From Raillietiella orientalis (lineage: Eukaryota): 64,000 bases of DNA. A program made the translations under genes and the position numbers. A model generated the notes under the pieces. It was not told where the DNA came from. It saw nothing but the letters and a program-made list of their open reading frames with translations, and made no database searches. Location: the NCBI GenBank assembly GCA_036172245.1, contig JAYWIR010000016.1, forward strand, positions 2,170,001 through 2,234,000. Direction: 5' to 3'. This document shows, one piece after another, positions 24,201 to 38,099 of the stretch (its first letter is position 1; each line of letters opens with the position of its first letter).

Positions 24201-27200
24201 GTATTTTTTTTTAATGATCTTTCGAGATTATCACAAACATTTCGAGATTCGGGATTTCTATCCGAGTCCTTCCCTTCACAGGTCTGAGCACACTCCGCAT
24301 CTCAGCCCTTCTCGGATACGCGAGGTGGACCGCAGATGTTGGGCGCGATCTTTCCCGGCACCAGGGGAAGGGAAGACGCAGGGCAGCTGAGCCACCCATA
24401 CGAACTAGCATCCGGCGAAGGAATGGGCCTCCCCACATGGAGCAGCGGCACCTCGCTCTATCCCCTCTGCTGCCACCGCTTCTTCCTCTCTTCGCATCCT
24501 CTCTTTTTTCTTCCTGACCGCTGAGACACATGCGACAGCAGGGATTCTTCCGATCCCAAGGAAGATCTTCGTGCCTAACCGTCTCCACACCACGCGTCGC
24601 CTCCTCCGAAAACCCCAAAGCGGCCATTCTGAAGAGACTCCCAGGGAAGGAAGGATCTCTGAAGTGGAGGAGGTTTCGAGGGGCTGCCGGATCGCTCCCC
24701 TGGGAAAAATCGCGTTGAAATCCCGGATTGGGAAAAGGAAGGAAGAGAAGGAAAGGGGGGGGGAAGGAGTATTCCTTTCGAACAAGCATCCAGTAACCAG
24801 GGTAACTGTCAGGAGGTTTTGCTATTTTCGCCTTCTCCCTTCTGGAAAGAGCCTCCTCCTGTTCTTGTTGCCACGCAGCCGGGAGCAGGAAGCGAACGGA
24901 GGCAACCGATGCTCGCATCGCATCTCGAGCCCACGCACTGCCAGCTGGGAGCAGCTGCGCTGCCCTTGCTCGGAGGCATTTTATTTGCACCGCCTATTAG
25001 CATCGTGTAAATAGGGAGGTCTGTTGGTCTTTCTGTTTACACGAGCCAAATCTGAGCCGCTGCTCCCGAACTCCTCCTTCGTGTTTTCGTCTTCCAGACA
25101 GAAAGGAGAGAGAGCCCCTTCCTGGGCAGATGCGACCTCCCGGCCTTCCTTGTGGCGATTTTTCCTCCCTCCCCTTGCATTCACGGAGAAAGGCGTTGAT
25201 AGAGAATCACTGACAGGAAGCGTGGTGCCTCCAGGAAAGAGCAGGAAACCGGGATGGAGGCAGGGGACCCGGGAATCAATACGCACACACGCAACAGCCG
25301 GGAAGCTCTCTGGTTCACACGGAAGAAGCGGCAAAAGCACGTCCGGAAGCGCGCGTTTCTGATCTTTCGCGAGCAATCAGAGATTTCCTGGTTCGCTGGT
25401 TTCTTGGTCCTGGGGCTGCACGCGGGATTACACCTTGCACACCTTGCGCGCACCTCCTCCCCACTCCTAGGTAACGGAAATTCTCCCTTTTTCCCGATCC
25501 GAACACGGCAAGAACGCCGTGTCGAGTTGGTACCGCACCGCGGCGGTGAAAGCGCTGCCTGCGTGCCATTCGCTGTCGATTTGGAACGCACCAAGCGGAA
25601 TGGGCCGATGCAAATCAAATCTTCAGTCGTTTGGAAGACGGGAGCACACCTTCCCACGGTTTCCTCCGGATCTCCGCGGAACTCCGGAAAACAGCAACGC
25701 GCGCGGGGCTGCTGCTGTCGCGGAGGGTGCGCTCGTCCTCCTCCGTCCTCCGCGCGGATCGGGGTGGTGCTGTCAAGATGGCCCTCCCCTCGCTCTCACT
25801 CAGCGGTTTCGCGGACATCCCGGGTTGCTGCAGATGCTGCTGCCACCCCCTTCCACCCCGCGTACGCGACCGGCGCGTCGATCTCGCAGGATGCAGGTCG
25901 CTAAGCGACTTCGAAGCGCTGTCGATACGAGCGGCATCCGACGATCCGGCGATTGCCACGTGGGCCGGGAACCTACTTTCCGCTGGACTGGGGAATTTGT
26001 TAAACAAATCAACGGACCTTCCTGGCCTACGGCAATCGTTGTGCACGTGCACGCGTTGCCTTGTTCCAGGGACAGTGTGTGCAACCCAAATTGCTGGGAA
26101 GGATGTTGAGACCGGTGCTGGCCAGAAAACAACTCGTTTTCTACGGGGTTTCCCCTTCTATTTTTCACTCTCTCTTTTTGTAGGATTGGCAACAACGGAA
26201 GCCTGGGATAGGAGTTTGTTGGTTGCGTCCTTCTTTCGATCTAAGGTACTCTACGACAAAACTGTTATCGGGAAATATTGCACGTTGACAGGCGCAAGCA
26301 TTTGCATGCCAGTTGATTTTCTTCTTCTTTCTTCCCGTTGCTTACTCCTGTGTGCCTACTCCTTTTCATTTCTTTTGTTCACTTCTCACGATGTTTGGTT
26401 GAGGAAGCTGGTCTTGCGAAAAATGTGAAAAAACACCATGCGAGTAGTGCCCGCCTTTCTGCATCTCGGAAGCAGAAGAACAGTTTTCTCGCTATGAGTT
26501 TCCGGAGGCCGCATTTGGCTCCATTTGTGCATACTGTCCACATAAGTCCGGTCTGTGGAATCACTTTCTCACTTTCCTCAGCATGCGGTGCCAAACAAGA
26601 ACGATCAATCTGTGCAGTGCCTATCGCAAAGATTTTAAACTTTGTTTGCCTGCACTGGCTGTGTCCCACTACCACCAAACTGCGTTTCTTCCCGTCTCCT
26701 ATGCCTATCTCTCGCCGTTAAGCGCCGGGCGTTCCAGATAACAGGATGTGAGGCTCCAGAAAAAAGGTAACTTTTTCTCCAGAGAAAGCGTGAGGAAAAT
26801 CCATTTTTATTTACATTCCGCGTAGTTTCCCCGGCAGTTTATTTCGGTGCTGGTAAACAGTGTGTACAATCTTGTGCTCAGTGGACACTTCGAATTGACA
26901 GTTATCACGACAACCGAATGCACAAGGACCCTGAAGGGCGTCTTCTACATTCGACCCGCTCTCATACTTGGGCGAATTGGGTCCCTTTTTCGGATGCCAT
27001 CGCCTGGTGTTTAGAACCTTTGTTTAGAACACGATTCAGGAAAACGGAATTTCTGCGACGGAAGAAGATCGATGTGCATTAGAAAATTCGGTGCTTCCCC
27101 TGTGCTTGAAAGACTTTGAATCGTCTTGTAATGGACGATGAGGAACGGATTCGTTACTCTATTTAAGCCTTCCACAGCAGAATCTTGGCATTCAAGTGTC

Positions 27201-29396
27201 GCTGCTAATGACCTAGAATGTTTTCGAGGAGCAAACAGCTCTCCTGGGGGCCTTAAAACTTGGTGCAAGCGTGCACTACCTATTTCTGGGGAATGGGAGC
27301 GTAAACCGTGGGTGGGAGCAAGATGGCGAGCTGAAAAAGCCGAAACAAGCACATCAACAGACGTCAATCAAAGAAACACTTCATAATAAGAAAGGAACTT
27401 GTTGCTCAACTCGTTTCTTCTGCTAGGCACAGCAGGGAAAAGAATTCCAGCAGAAATAGCACTCTTCCGTTATTTGTCCGTCCTGATCTCCAGTTCAACA
27501 GAAAGGCAAGGATCGTTCTGAAAAAGTTGCTGTGGAAACAAGAGGGGGAAGGAGAAGAATTAGTTCGCAGCTATCCACGGACCTTCGTGCTGTTGCACAA
27601 ATGGACTGAGTGTGTCTTCCAGTCAGAAAATTTCGTGTTTAGTTCACGTTTCTCCACGAACTCATTCAGAAATTCGCCAAGTCGTCCCCCGGACGGCAAA
27701 TCCTCTGCATCGGAACAACAACTTTCCTCTAAACCTATCTGCTCCTTGCAATTTTCACAAAGGGTGCCATCACACCTTCCGCACAGAGGCTCATCCCGCA
27801 CAGGCATTTTTCTGACGATCTGTCATGAATTTTCAAGATGCCAAAAGAAAAAAAAAAAAAAAAGGAAAAAGAAAAGCCGCAGCTGGCAGACCGAGCGCGA
27901 AGCGGATGTGATCAGAGTTACCACAACAATGTGAAAGCAAAGCGGCGCCATTTGTTTTCGTTTTTTTTTTTTTTTTTTCATTTTCGTTTTGTTTTCTTCG
28001 TGCACGACCGCTAACGAAGGCGAGTTCCTGGGAATTCAGTGCAGCAGGAAGTCACCACACGCTCGCTTCGTGACTGGGAAGTGGTCGGGTGCGAAAACTG
28101 TTGCATCATACGCACGGGGGAAATCGGGACAAGCAACGATAAATGACTTACCTCTTGGTCCGAGGGAACTATGCTTGCGAGTTCAAAAAGTCATGAGCAT
28201 CGGGGAATCCATGCTCTCGTCCCCCGGATTTTCACGTCTTCTGTCCATTTTCCGAGACTGGGGATCAACAAGCGTGAAGATGAAGCACGGAGCGACCGAT
28301 TTGAATATAAAGGCCGTGGACAATCAGCGAGGAATCAATCGCACAACTGTTCCAGTTCGCAGTCCTCTGCGCAGGACACGACTTTTTGCAGAGCTGCTGC
28401 GTCAGTACCTCCCCAAGCTCATTAACTCGGGAGGAGCACTCGATAGAAGATGCTGTTTTCTTGTCAGATAAACATTCTTTGGGTTTTCGACTCGGGGTCG
28501 CTTCGATAACTCTTGATTTAAAGATGGGGCCGTCTTTGGGGGCATCCACGAACACGGCAGTCAGGGGTACCCATGATATACGGAAGCCTATCAACGATAA
28601 TAATGATGAAAATGATCATGATAGTGGTGGTAACGACAGAGATGTGCATTTTCCCATCTCGCTTTCTCAGAAATGTCGAGAAGATCGAAGGATCGAGTCT
28701 GCTGTGCTGTGAGATAGTTTCGGGAGGCTGCATCTTGCGCGCCTCTCCCCGATCCGCTTCTGAGGCTTTCGGAATCTCTCGGACAGCCGAAAGAGAGGGG
28801 GGAGAGGGAGGGAAGGAAAGGGCCTTTTCGAATCTTCCCCTTTTAGAGCAGGTGGAGGACCGACCTGTTCTCTCAGAGGAGGAAAGGGAAAGGCGCTGAA
28901 AGACGTGACCGTCATCCCTTCCTCCCCCCTCTCTCTTTCGCCAGAATGGTGTAAGGGAAACAGAGCGAAGGGGACCTCGTCTCCAGGGAGTTGCTCAGGC
29001 TGCTTGCCTCGAAAATCGTCCGGGTGGCCCGAGAAAAGAGGAAGAAGAGCGAGGCTGCAAAGGTGGTGGCAACCCTGCTCCTGTCGTCTGGAACGTTGGA
29101 ACATGAGAAGGAGAAGAAAACAGTTCCGATAGGTAGGAGGAAGAGGCGAACGTCCTTTGCCTTTGTCCTTTGTCCTTCATGAGAAGGAGAGGAAAAAGGA
29201 CACAAGGGGAGGAGGGGGAGGAATAGGAACCGCCGCTTTTTTCCTAAGTCATTGTCTCGGGGCGTAGCCCTTCCCGCGAGCTGGAGGGAAGATAGCCAGC
29301 CCACGCGGAGGTGCGCTGGCGGTTCCGAGGGAAGGGGAGGGGAAAGGGGCAGAGCATCAGGAGGAGCAATGGGAGGGGCGAGCAGGCTGTACTCAC

Positions 29397-29405
29397 GCTA
29401 GGCAT
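29397..29405 (-). CDS. Candidate micro first coding exon (Met-Pro-Ser) for the two-TM gene(s)
   Basis: Minus strand reads ctccaccATG CCT AGC|GTGAGT: Kozak-like context followed by a consensus donor, phase 0. Joined to 13179 it gives MPSITGAALSAAAIRRERE, which aligns with paralog B MPAFHSVQSALAIRRQRE. Confidence 0.5.
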
Positions 29406-32400
29406 GGTGGAGTCCCTCCAGCTTTGAGAGGAGGGACTGCCCGGGGGGCCGCCCTCCGCTCAGGCGAGCTACTGGAGCACCGAACAACCCGATCGCCGGC
29501 TCCCGGTTCCACACATCACGCGGAGGGGACAAGGTCCGGGGAACCCGCGCATCTCATCTTCCAAACAAGAACTGGGGATTCCCTCCCGACTCTCCGGCCG
29601 CCCGGGTACGAGGGAAGACGCCCCCGAAATACTCTGCGCCAGTACCGCGACCGATCCGCTGGCCGAGTCGATAGACGCCGGTTCCAGGAGAGGGCGCCTC
29701 CTCTCGCATCGTCTTCGTCGCAGTCTCGGTCCTTTTTGCAGCATCCCGCTAACAACGCTTTCCGGAGGAGGAGCAGGAACGACGGAAGCGAGGAGGAGGT
29801 GGTGGAGAAAAGTGCCCACGCGCACGATCCGGCTCCTCGTCGATGAGGGCGTCTCCACGATAACAGCAGTGAATTAGGGGGGGGGGGGAGGGGGGGTCGG
29901 AAAGGGATCACTTCCTCCAGGAAGAAGTCCTCCTTCCCCCGCTCGCTGACTCTCCCTCTCCTCCCTTCCTGCCTCCGCTGTCGTCCAGAAGACGACGCCC
30001 TCCCTTCGAGTCTTAGGGACAGGAGAGGACGGAGAGGGAAATCCTCTAAACTCCCATCGCCGTCGTCGGGCTTCCTCTTCCCTTCCCCTCTCCCCATCGC
30101 ACTTTCTCTCCTCTCCTCCTCCCCCTCTCCGTCGCCGCAGGCTGGCAAGAACGGAAGACCTCCATGAACTCGCATCGTTCACAAGGACTCGAAGGACCGT
30201 CCAGCTAAGCTGGCGAGGTGCCACAAAGAAAAAGTGCCGAGGCGACACTCCGCATCTCGGCGAAAGTTTGGGCGCGGCAGCTTCTTTGAACGTCATTTTT
30301 TCTCCCTCTTTGTAGAAAGAGGGAAAGAAAGAAAACAGGGAGACCAAGGCAAGTGAGGAGGAGGAAAGGGAAATCCCAGGGTATGGACTGCCGTTCCTGA
30401 CGGCTTCATGGCATACTTTCGAGATTCAAGTTTCTGGAGCTCGCGGCAATATGGCAATATATACTACCAAACCGTCCAGATCAGATGCGCGTAGCGCTTG
30501 CTCTGCACGGCTTGTGGACCTTTCAGTAACCCTTGAAGCCGTCTCGGATCCAGGAAGGCCAAATCCAGCGTCTCGTTCCACAAAGCTTGTCTATCTTGTT
30601 GCTACGCAATAAAAAACTAACGAACAGCCACCAGAAAGCTTGTAACCGGCACAAAACGGAATGGTAAGGTGAAGTTACATTGGAATGAGGCTTCCATCAT
30701 CTTCTTGTGCAACAAATCGCCTTAATCGCCTGAAATGTGCAGCAATATGCATCTAAGAAAAAGAGCAACTTTGATCTGGATTTGCTGCGCCCTTAGCAAA
30801 GCATTGCATCTCTTTTTCTTCTAGTTCCTCTGCTTGGAGATTCCCTTCGTTCAGCTTATGGTGGCTCACGATCTTCCAAAGCTGAAGAGAAGCAAGAAGT
30901 AAGGGAGAAAGTACTGAGAGAAGAAACGAGGCGATTGCTAAGTCTTGCAGATGTGTTTGGTTCCTCCTAGAGAGGAATGATCTCCTCCGAAATCCAGCTC
31001 ATTTGCAGTTCCCGATGATATGTGCAAGAGATGCATGCAGCAAGTCTCCCCAAGCATCAATCAGCTGGGCGGATAATAAGGAAGGGATGATGAGAGTTGT
31101 GACCGGAAGAGTGCTAGAATTCCTCTAAGATCCGACGAAACCAAAGGAAAAGCATGGAGATGAAAAGAAAGCAAAGGAGAGGAAAGATGATGGTGGAAGA
31201 AAGCAAATGAAGGGAAGAAGATGATGGTGAAAGTACGAATAAGGCTAAGAAGGCGAGCATAAAGTCGGAGACATGCGTCTACGTTATTCTTTTAATCAAA
31301 TAACTTCTCATTTTTCCTTCAAATTAAATAGTTTCGATGATCTTGAATCAAACACTTTTAATCATGTAGGGCAAATTAAAAAAAATTTTGTTCTTTAAAC
31401 TTCGATTTGCTTCAGCAGAATTTAAAGAATCAATTAAATATGTCCCTATAACACATTTTCAAAAAGTACGTTGTAAAATTGTGGGAAGAGAGCGTCTGGG
31501 ATCACTGAATAATTCGTTCCGTGACCGATTCTCCTAGAATTAAAAAATCAGATGCCGACAGGTCCTAGACCTGATTATTCCTCATTTCGGCTCTCTTCAC
31601 CTTCACTTTCAACATCCATTCTGATTCTTTCGTATGCATTCCAAGCATATAGAGGGAATGCATACTTTGTTGGATCCTTTGTCTGTAGTTGCGTTACATC
31701 TATATTCATAAAAGAATTGATTACATTATACTCATAACCATACATCGTGGTCATCCTGAGCTAGAATATTGTCCAGTTGCACCAAAAGCATATCTATTTA
31801 TCTATAAAATAGATACAGATTCTTTTTAATTCCCCAAAAGCCAGAAAAAACAATTCATCTGTAATTAGCGTATAAGGCGATTCTCTCCACTCACGTAGTC
31901 ATTAAAAATAGATCAATACATAATGTTGACTGAATTTTGGATTGGCATGCATAGTTTATACTGAATCGCTTTTGATTTCATCTTTAGAAAATCATGTCAG
32001 TTAATCTGGATGCATTTTTTCTTCTAAGAGAAATTCAATTTGTTCAGTATCAGATAAAACATTTGAAATGCTTTTCACTTGCTCAAATCACTTTTACAAA
32101 TTAATTACAAATTAATATTTTGTTCTTGTAAGAATACCGCATCATCATACTTCCGGAGATCTTTTGGTTATCTGGAACTCTTGATGAACCCTCGTCTCTA
32201 AACTGAATACATATAAAAGAATTAGACAAGTTATACTCTTCGTTGTAATCTTACTCTATTGCAGCATATATTCATGCCATACTAAAACCTGAATTTATAG
32301 ATTATTTCAAATTATTGATCAACGAGCTATCAATCTTTTTGAACTAGTGTCATAGATTATCTAGTTTTCAAAGGAACCCATTTACTCTACCGGATGAAGA

Positions 32401-33285
32401 TCCACTAGCCAATGAAATAGCACCATTTAGATTTAGATAACCACGAACTTAAATCTGAACCAGTTTAGGAACCAATTTAACTCCCAATGCCAACTTAAGT
32501 ATTGAGATATGTCTGCTGCATGAAACTTAGCATATAATGCTCGTCTCTCATTGACAAACTTGCTTTTTTTTCCAGAAAAAGGAGAACCACCAAGTCTTTC
32601 TCTTAAATTTTCGGAGACTCTGTTTTCTTTCTTCAAAAGTTACTAGGGTTGTATGAAAACAAATTACAACAGAGGAAGGAGTTGATGTTTGAAACATTAT
32701 CTCGGACATGGCAACAATACTTATTCTGCTAAGAAGTTGAAGTACTGGGAACTCCTAATAGAGTTATGCTTTAAAAGCCTCTTCATGATTTCTGTGCAGA
32801 GGATCAAAGAATGCAAGACAAATGCATAAGGATCAATCAAAGTGCCCTTGGACGTCTTGCTCTTAAGATGAAGAAAATGCTACGTAACTGAACCTACTCA
32901 AGCGTAGTATTATGTAATCCAACCACTTCGTTTCATTCCTCACAACAAGGCCTTACTTCCTGATTTAGTGAACATTGGCTTTGTGTAATTACACACTCGA
33001 GTTCTGTAAACTGAAACTGGCTTGAAAAAAAAAAAAAGCGGTAACAGAAAAATTGCAGTCTTTTTTTCTGAAAAAAGGAAACACAGATGGCATTCCCTGC
33101 CCCCTGAAATTTCGGAAAACTTGCAGTGCTTTCAGTTGCGCAGAATCTCAGCTAACGTTCAAGAATGATGTGAGATTTTGAGTCAAGTCGGGAAAAGTTC
33201 AGGTTTTATAGGTGACGACTTCGAAAAGATGGGAAAAAGGATGTGCACGCATAGTTGTTGTTAAGCGTAATGCTTTGTCATAAAG

Positions 33286-36200
33286 ATGGCAGCATCCGAG
33301 CACATTGACAATTGCATCAAAAGCATAAACAATCTTTTGGTGCAGAATGCAGATTGCCAGGATTTCGATAATTCTGATGCCAATTCTTCGGCATATGCTG
33401 AAATTGTTGACTCCATGAGAATACCTTGTTTCTATGCAGTAACGGAGACACTAGAAAATAATGGCAAGTGTTCACAAACATTGTATTATTATGTCAGATG
33501 TACAGTAACCTTTAGTCGCAATCACATGTAGTGTACATTTCTTTGCCTTTCTCAACTAAAGTAAATGTGGGCAACACATAGTGGATAATTCCAGTGTGAA
33601 TTCCATTGAAATTCTCTCAGAAGGGTGCTGAAAAACCTTAACTTCGTAGCATTAATATTGAGATATATATAAAACATTTATGTAATGAAGAATATGTCAC
33701 ACACACAAAAAAAAAGGTGCCACATCATTTTGGAATCCCACATTATGTTTTATTCATTTTAGATTGCATCAGCAATAGTTTATTGGAGTACTTGAAAGGA
33801 AATGCTTCTACTATCGTTTTTTCTACACCCCATTTCACAACAGAAAAATGCTATCAAAAAAATGGAAAGTATTGCAAAAGGTAATATGCAAATAAGAAGT
33901 AACTTTGTAACTGTGATCCTTAAACTTTTCTCATAATTTTTGTAATTGTTTCAGATGTGTGTTTTTATCAAGTATTCTTGAAAGCCTTGTTAAGCTTGCA
34001 CAAATACTTGTGAACAAATCAGAAAATCCTACCAACTGTTTATTAAACCTTCAGCAACAGAAGACAATTAAAAACTCATTGAACTGTTTATTTCTCATTG
34101 GTGTTAATCCTTGTATAATGGATGGCATGCCAATACTAAGGAAATCAGATGATTGTCAATGTTCCATTTCCAAACTTGGATGTATTGCCAATGCATCTGC
34201 TATCCAGGTATTTCATGAATTCTGATTTGAATCTGATTTTTTTCATTTATTGCTATTCAATGGAAAAGAATCTCATTTCTTTATTTAATGGTTAGAAACA
34301 TCAGCAATTAAAGTACATCACAACAGCACTTTTGGAGCTTCTTTCAGAATCATACATTGGATGCCTCTTAACATCAGTTTACTTAGGAAATATTCTTCTA
34401 GCATTATTGCAGTTGACTTGCATTTCTCAAGAACCCATTTCGTCATCAAAACAGTTTCGGGATCATAAATTTGAAACTGCATTGAGATTTGTTATGAGCC
34501 ACTCAGTAAAAGTTGATCTAGTGAAAGAATTGCTATTATTGCTTGGCCCATCCCAATGCAGCGCTTTAAATCAAAAACAGGTGTGAATGTATGTTAAATA
34601 ATTAACATAAATTATATTTCTGTCTTAGAGAAAAGCTTATTTAGTCCATCCAGCAGTGAAGAAATATTGTGTTCAGCTATTAAATGAAGTGCTCATCCAG
34701 CCTTATGGTTTAGAAGCAGTTTTTCAAGGACTTCTCACAGAAGAATTATCTACTCCCGTTGTAGATAATCAGGAACTTATCACAAAAATCATTGTAGCCC
34801 ATCCGTTGAGAAAACACAATATTAGGAAATTCTATGCTTCTCTTGCACCCCAGGTACTTGTGAAGTAAGCAGCACTTGTCAAGCTCAAAATGTGTGTACT
34901 TGTAGTTGTTGAAAGCATTTCATGGTTCATACATAAAAGTGACTTGTTCTGTCCTGTACAAGTTGAATCAGTTAGATCCTGCTGCTAGCAGAGAATATCT
35001 CATTGATCCTCTCTTAATGCCATTAGTCAAGCCTAAAGGAACCAGTTTAACTGAGCCATTAAAGACACTGATGCTGCTCGTGACCAACATCTCAGATCCT
35101 GGAGACTTGCTAAAAGAAATGATGGCTGTGCTCCCCCTCTTAGTGCATAGTTACTGCATTTTGCATGGAACAGTGTCATGTGACAGCAGTCTAGTTAAAG
35201 AGCTGATTATTCAATTCTTGCAGCACACTGATGTTCCCAGATGTGTTCATGCCATTTGCAATACTGTTTGTCCAGTGTTTAAGCAGGAAGACTTATGTCT
35301 ATTCCATGCCTTTCTCAATTCAGACGCACAACTTTGTGTAACCATATTGGAAGAACCAACAGATTCTCCACTTCCAAGTGAGGAATCTGTTGCACATGCC
35401 CTGTTAAATTTGTTTAGTTTTGTGCCTGATATTTTTCAAACTCATTTCCTCCCCACTGTGTTCCACCAATTGGTTGTCTTCCAAAATACATCTCAGATAG
35501 AGAGCCATGAAGATGCTATTGTTCCAAGGAGCTTTCTTATAATTTGGAAGCTTTTAGAAGAATTAAATAACCGAACTGATTTGTTGGAAACTTTGATGAG
35601 TAAACCTGCTCAAACTTTGACCTTTGTTCAGGTAGGATAACTTACTGTGTAAAGGTTCTTCTTTTTTCTCTCTAGACCCAGTTGGATCAGTGTGCTACTG
35701 CTTTGCTCTCCGGCTGCCAGACTGGTGGTGAAGTTTTGATCAAACAGTTTCTGCTATTGTCTCTTACATTGGCATTGCATCTGCTGTCTGCACAGCCAGC
35801 ATGGGAAAATGCACAATCTTTATTGGACTCCCTGAATAAAATCATTTCTGCAAATCCTGCATCAGACATCTTGCAGTTGGCTTCTCAGCTAAAGTTGTTT
35901 TTGTGCACCAGAGGGACTTCCGGCAATTCTGAAGTTGGCTGGAAACACATGGAATTGTCTGCTTTCCAACAGGCACTCAGTGATATTTTCAGTCCCGAAA
36001 TTTCTGTGCAAGGTCATGGAATCATATCCATTGCTAAGCTCATATTATCACGTGATGAAGAAACCTTGCAGCACAAGGAAGAACTGTTTCATCTTTTCAA
36101 AGTATTAAGTGAATTAGAAACTGGTGGGACCTTGTTGATTTGATTTGACCAGGAACGTCTGGAGCACAGTGATTCTTATGTGTATTTGTTGGCTATTCAA

Positions 36201-36984
36201 GGCTTAGTGGCATTATCTGATAGTCACTGTGAAGAAGTACTTCATGTACTTATTCAGCAGTATTTGGATGCTAGTCAGGAACTACAACTCCGCCTTCGGA
36301 CTGGAGAAGCCCTAGTACGTATTTGTCATCTTTTGGGTATGAATTTATTGCTGACTTGAAAATATGAAACAATGGAACAATTTTAGGTACAATGAGTGCT
36401 AAATTTAAAAGTATGTTACTTCATTCTTTTTTGGTTGGATGTCGGGATCCCAGTGCATTGTTGAGGACTTCTAGCCTTGTCAATTTGGGAGAAGCATGTA
36501 AAGCTTTGCAGTTCAGCATCCTTCCATGTTTACAAGAGGTACTTGAATTTGTACAATCAGATCCCTATGCATTCCTACTTTTTGCAGATTTTTGCATGTG
36601 TAAGTTCTCTTGGTGAGTGGGACACTTCTGTTGAAGTGCGACGTGCTGCCATGCAGGCTTTGGTATTACTTTTAGAAGGGGTTCAAGGAAGTGTTATAGA
36701 GGTATTATAAGTTTGAAATTATTTTAAGTGATTGACTGTTCATTGGAATGCTGTTAAGAAGGCATTACTTTTATGAGTTTCCTATCAAGAATTTATAGTT
36801 ATTAGGTGATCAAATCCAGGATCTATACAAGCTGCTGAAGAAGCTCCACAGATATGACCATGATGATGTTGTTAAACTACAAGCACAGTTAGCTCTGGAA
36901 CAACTCAATATTCTTATCAAGAACCTCATGCAACCTTCAGAAAAGCTTAGCAAGCAAATCCAAATATTGAATTTCAGTCATTGA
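33286..36984 (+). CDS. TANGO6: Transport and Golgi organization protein 6 homolog (TANGO6/RTP1, HEAT/ARM repeat), about 11 coding exons
   Basis: Spliced C-terminus LEHSDSYVYLLAIQGL...LRTGEALVR...LLHSFLVGCRDP...RTSSLVNLGE...VEVRRAA...DLYKLLK...DDVVKLQAQLALEQL matches the TANGO6/RTP1 C-terminal region as I recall it. Exons phase together from ATG 33286 to TGA 36982-36984. The N-terminal exons are supported by frame continuity only. Confidence 0.9.
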
Positions 36985-38099
36985 ATTTCCCACATCTAGA
37001 AATCTTGAATACCTGTATCTGTGCATTCTCCAAACTGATAAAGAGACATGTAATCCTGTACGTTGAATGCTGCACAAACATGAGCTCTTATGTATTGTAT
37101 TAACTGTTTCAGAGTTGATTCTTCAATAGCCATAATGTTTGTATTTGACATTGCATTTACATCTTGCTATTTACATTTCTATGAAATATAGTCACTACCG
37201 TTTTTAGAACCTCTGGGTTTTCATCGAGTCTTTTTTTTTTTTTTTTCATATTCCTCTGTTCAAAATTTAACTGCAATGGCAAGTTGTATTTATCCCTATA
37301 TTGACTTGTGAAAGGTTTTGATTCAGCAATTCCTTACTGCTAGGACATTTGGGGGTTTTTATTCAACATATCCCTCGTTAAATGGCAAGAATTAAGTATG
37401 CCGGAAAATTCCTGGCAAAATGCCATTCAGCTGGCGATCTCGTTCTGGATTCGCTGATGATCTCTATGTATGACCTTAAACAGTTAAAAGAATTTAAATT
37501 ACGTTACGGAAGATATTCTCAAGACAAGGATGTAGCATTTGTGTGATTCATATGTTAAGAAATATTTTTAGAATTTCTTGCGTTAAGTCCGAAAATTGCC
37601 GTTGCTGTTGCTTTAGAACTTGCATCTATCTCTGCAAGTGCAAATGTTCCACAGAGCGATTGTACATATTATACCAGGAATCCACGGGCATTGTATATAG
37701 TTTCGAGTAAAATAAAAGCAAATTCATTTAATTGAAAGGTAGTGACAAAATCTGTTTTTCAAATCAATGTGCTTCTGCGATAATAAATGTGTGTGATGCA
37801 TGGCTTGGTTCATTTTTAGACCCATTAGGGCTATTTTCTGAAATTATCTTTTCAAAGTCTCCAATTTAAATAAAATGTAAGGAAAGAGTGGAATTTCAAA
37901 GTAGTGTATCAAGTCGATTGATTTACAATCTTGTAATTCTGGGCCATTTATTATAAATTTATGAATCCTGTGCATCATGCACAGTGAATTTGCACAAGAA
38001 ACACAAGAGGAAATATAACGAAGCTGAAAGTTAAAGAGTGACTTCGTGCTGGCGAGGAGTGAATAAGAAATAAACAGCAATAGTTTGGGTCAGATCCTC

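Noticed and set aside
31550..32900. Endogenous viral RdRp or LTR integrase relic (AADISQY, LASGSSSG, KVCIP fragments on the minus strand)
   Set aside because: Motifs are short, in different frames and riddled with stops; not distinguishable from chance without a profile search.
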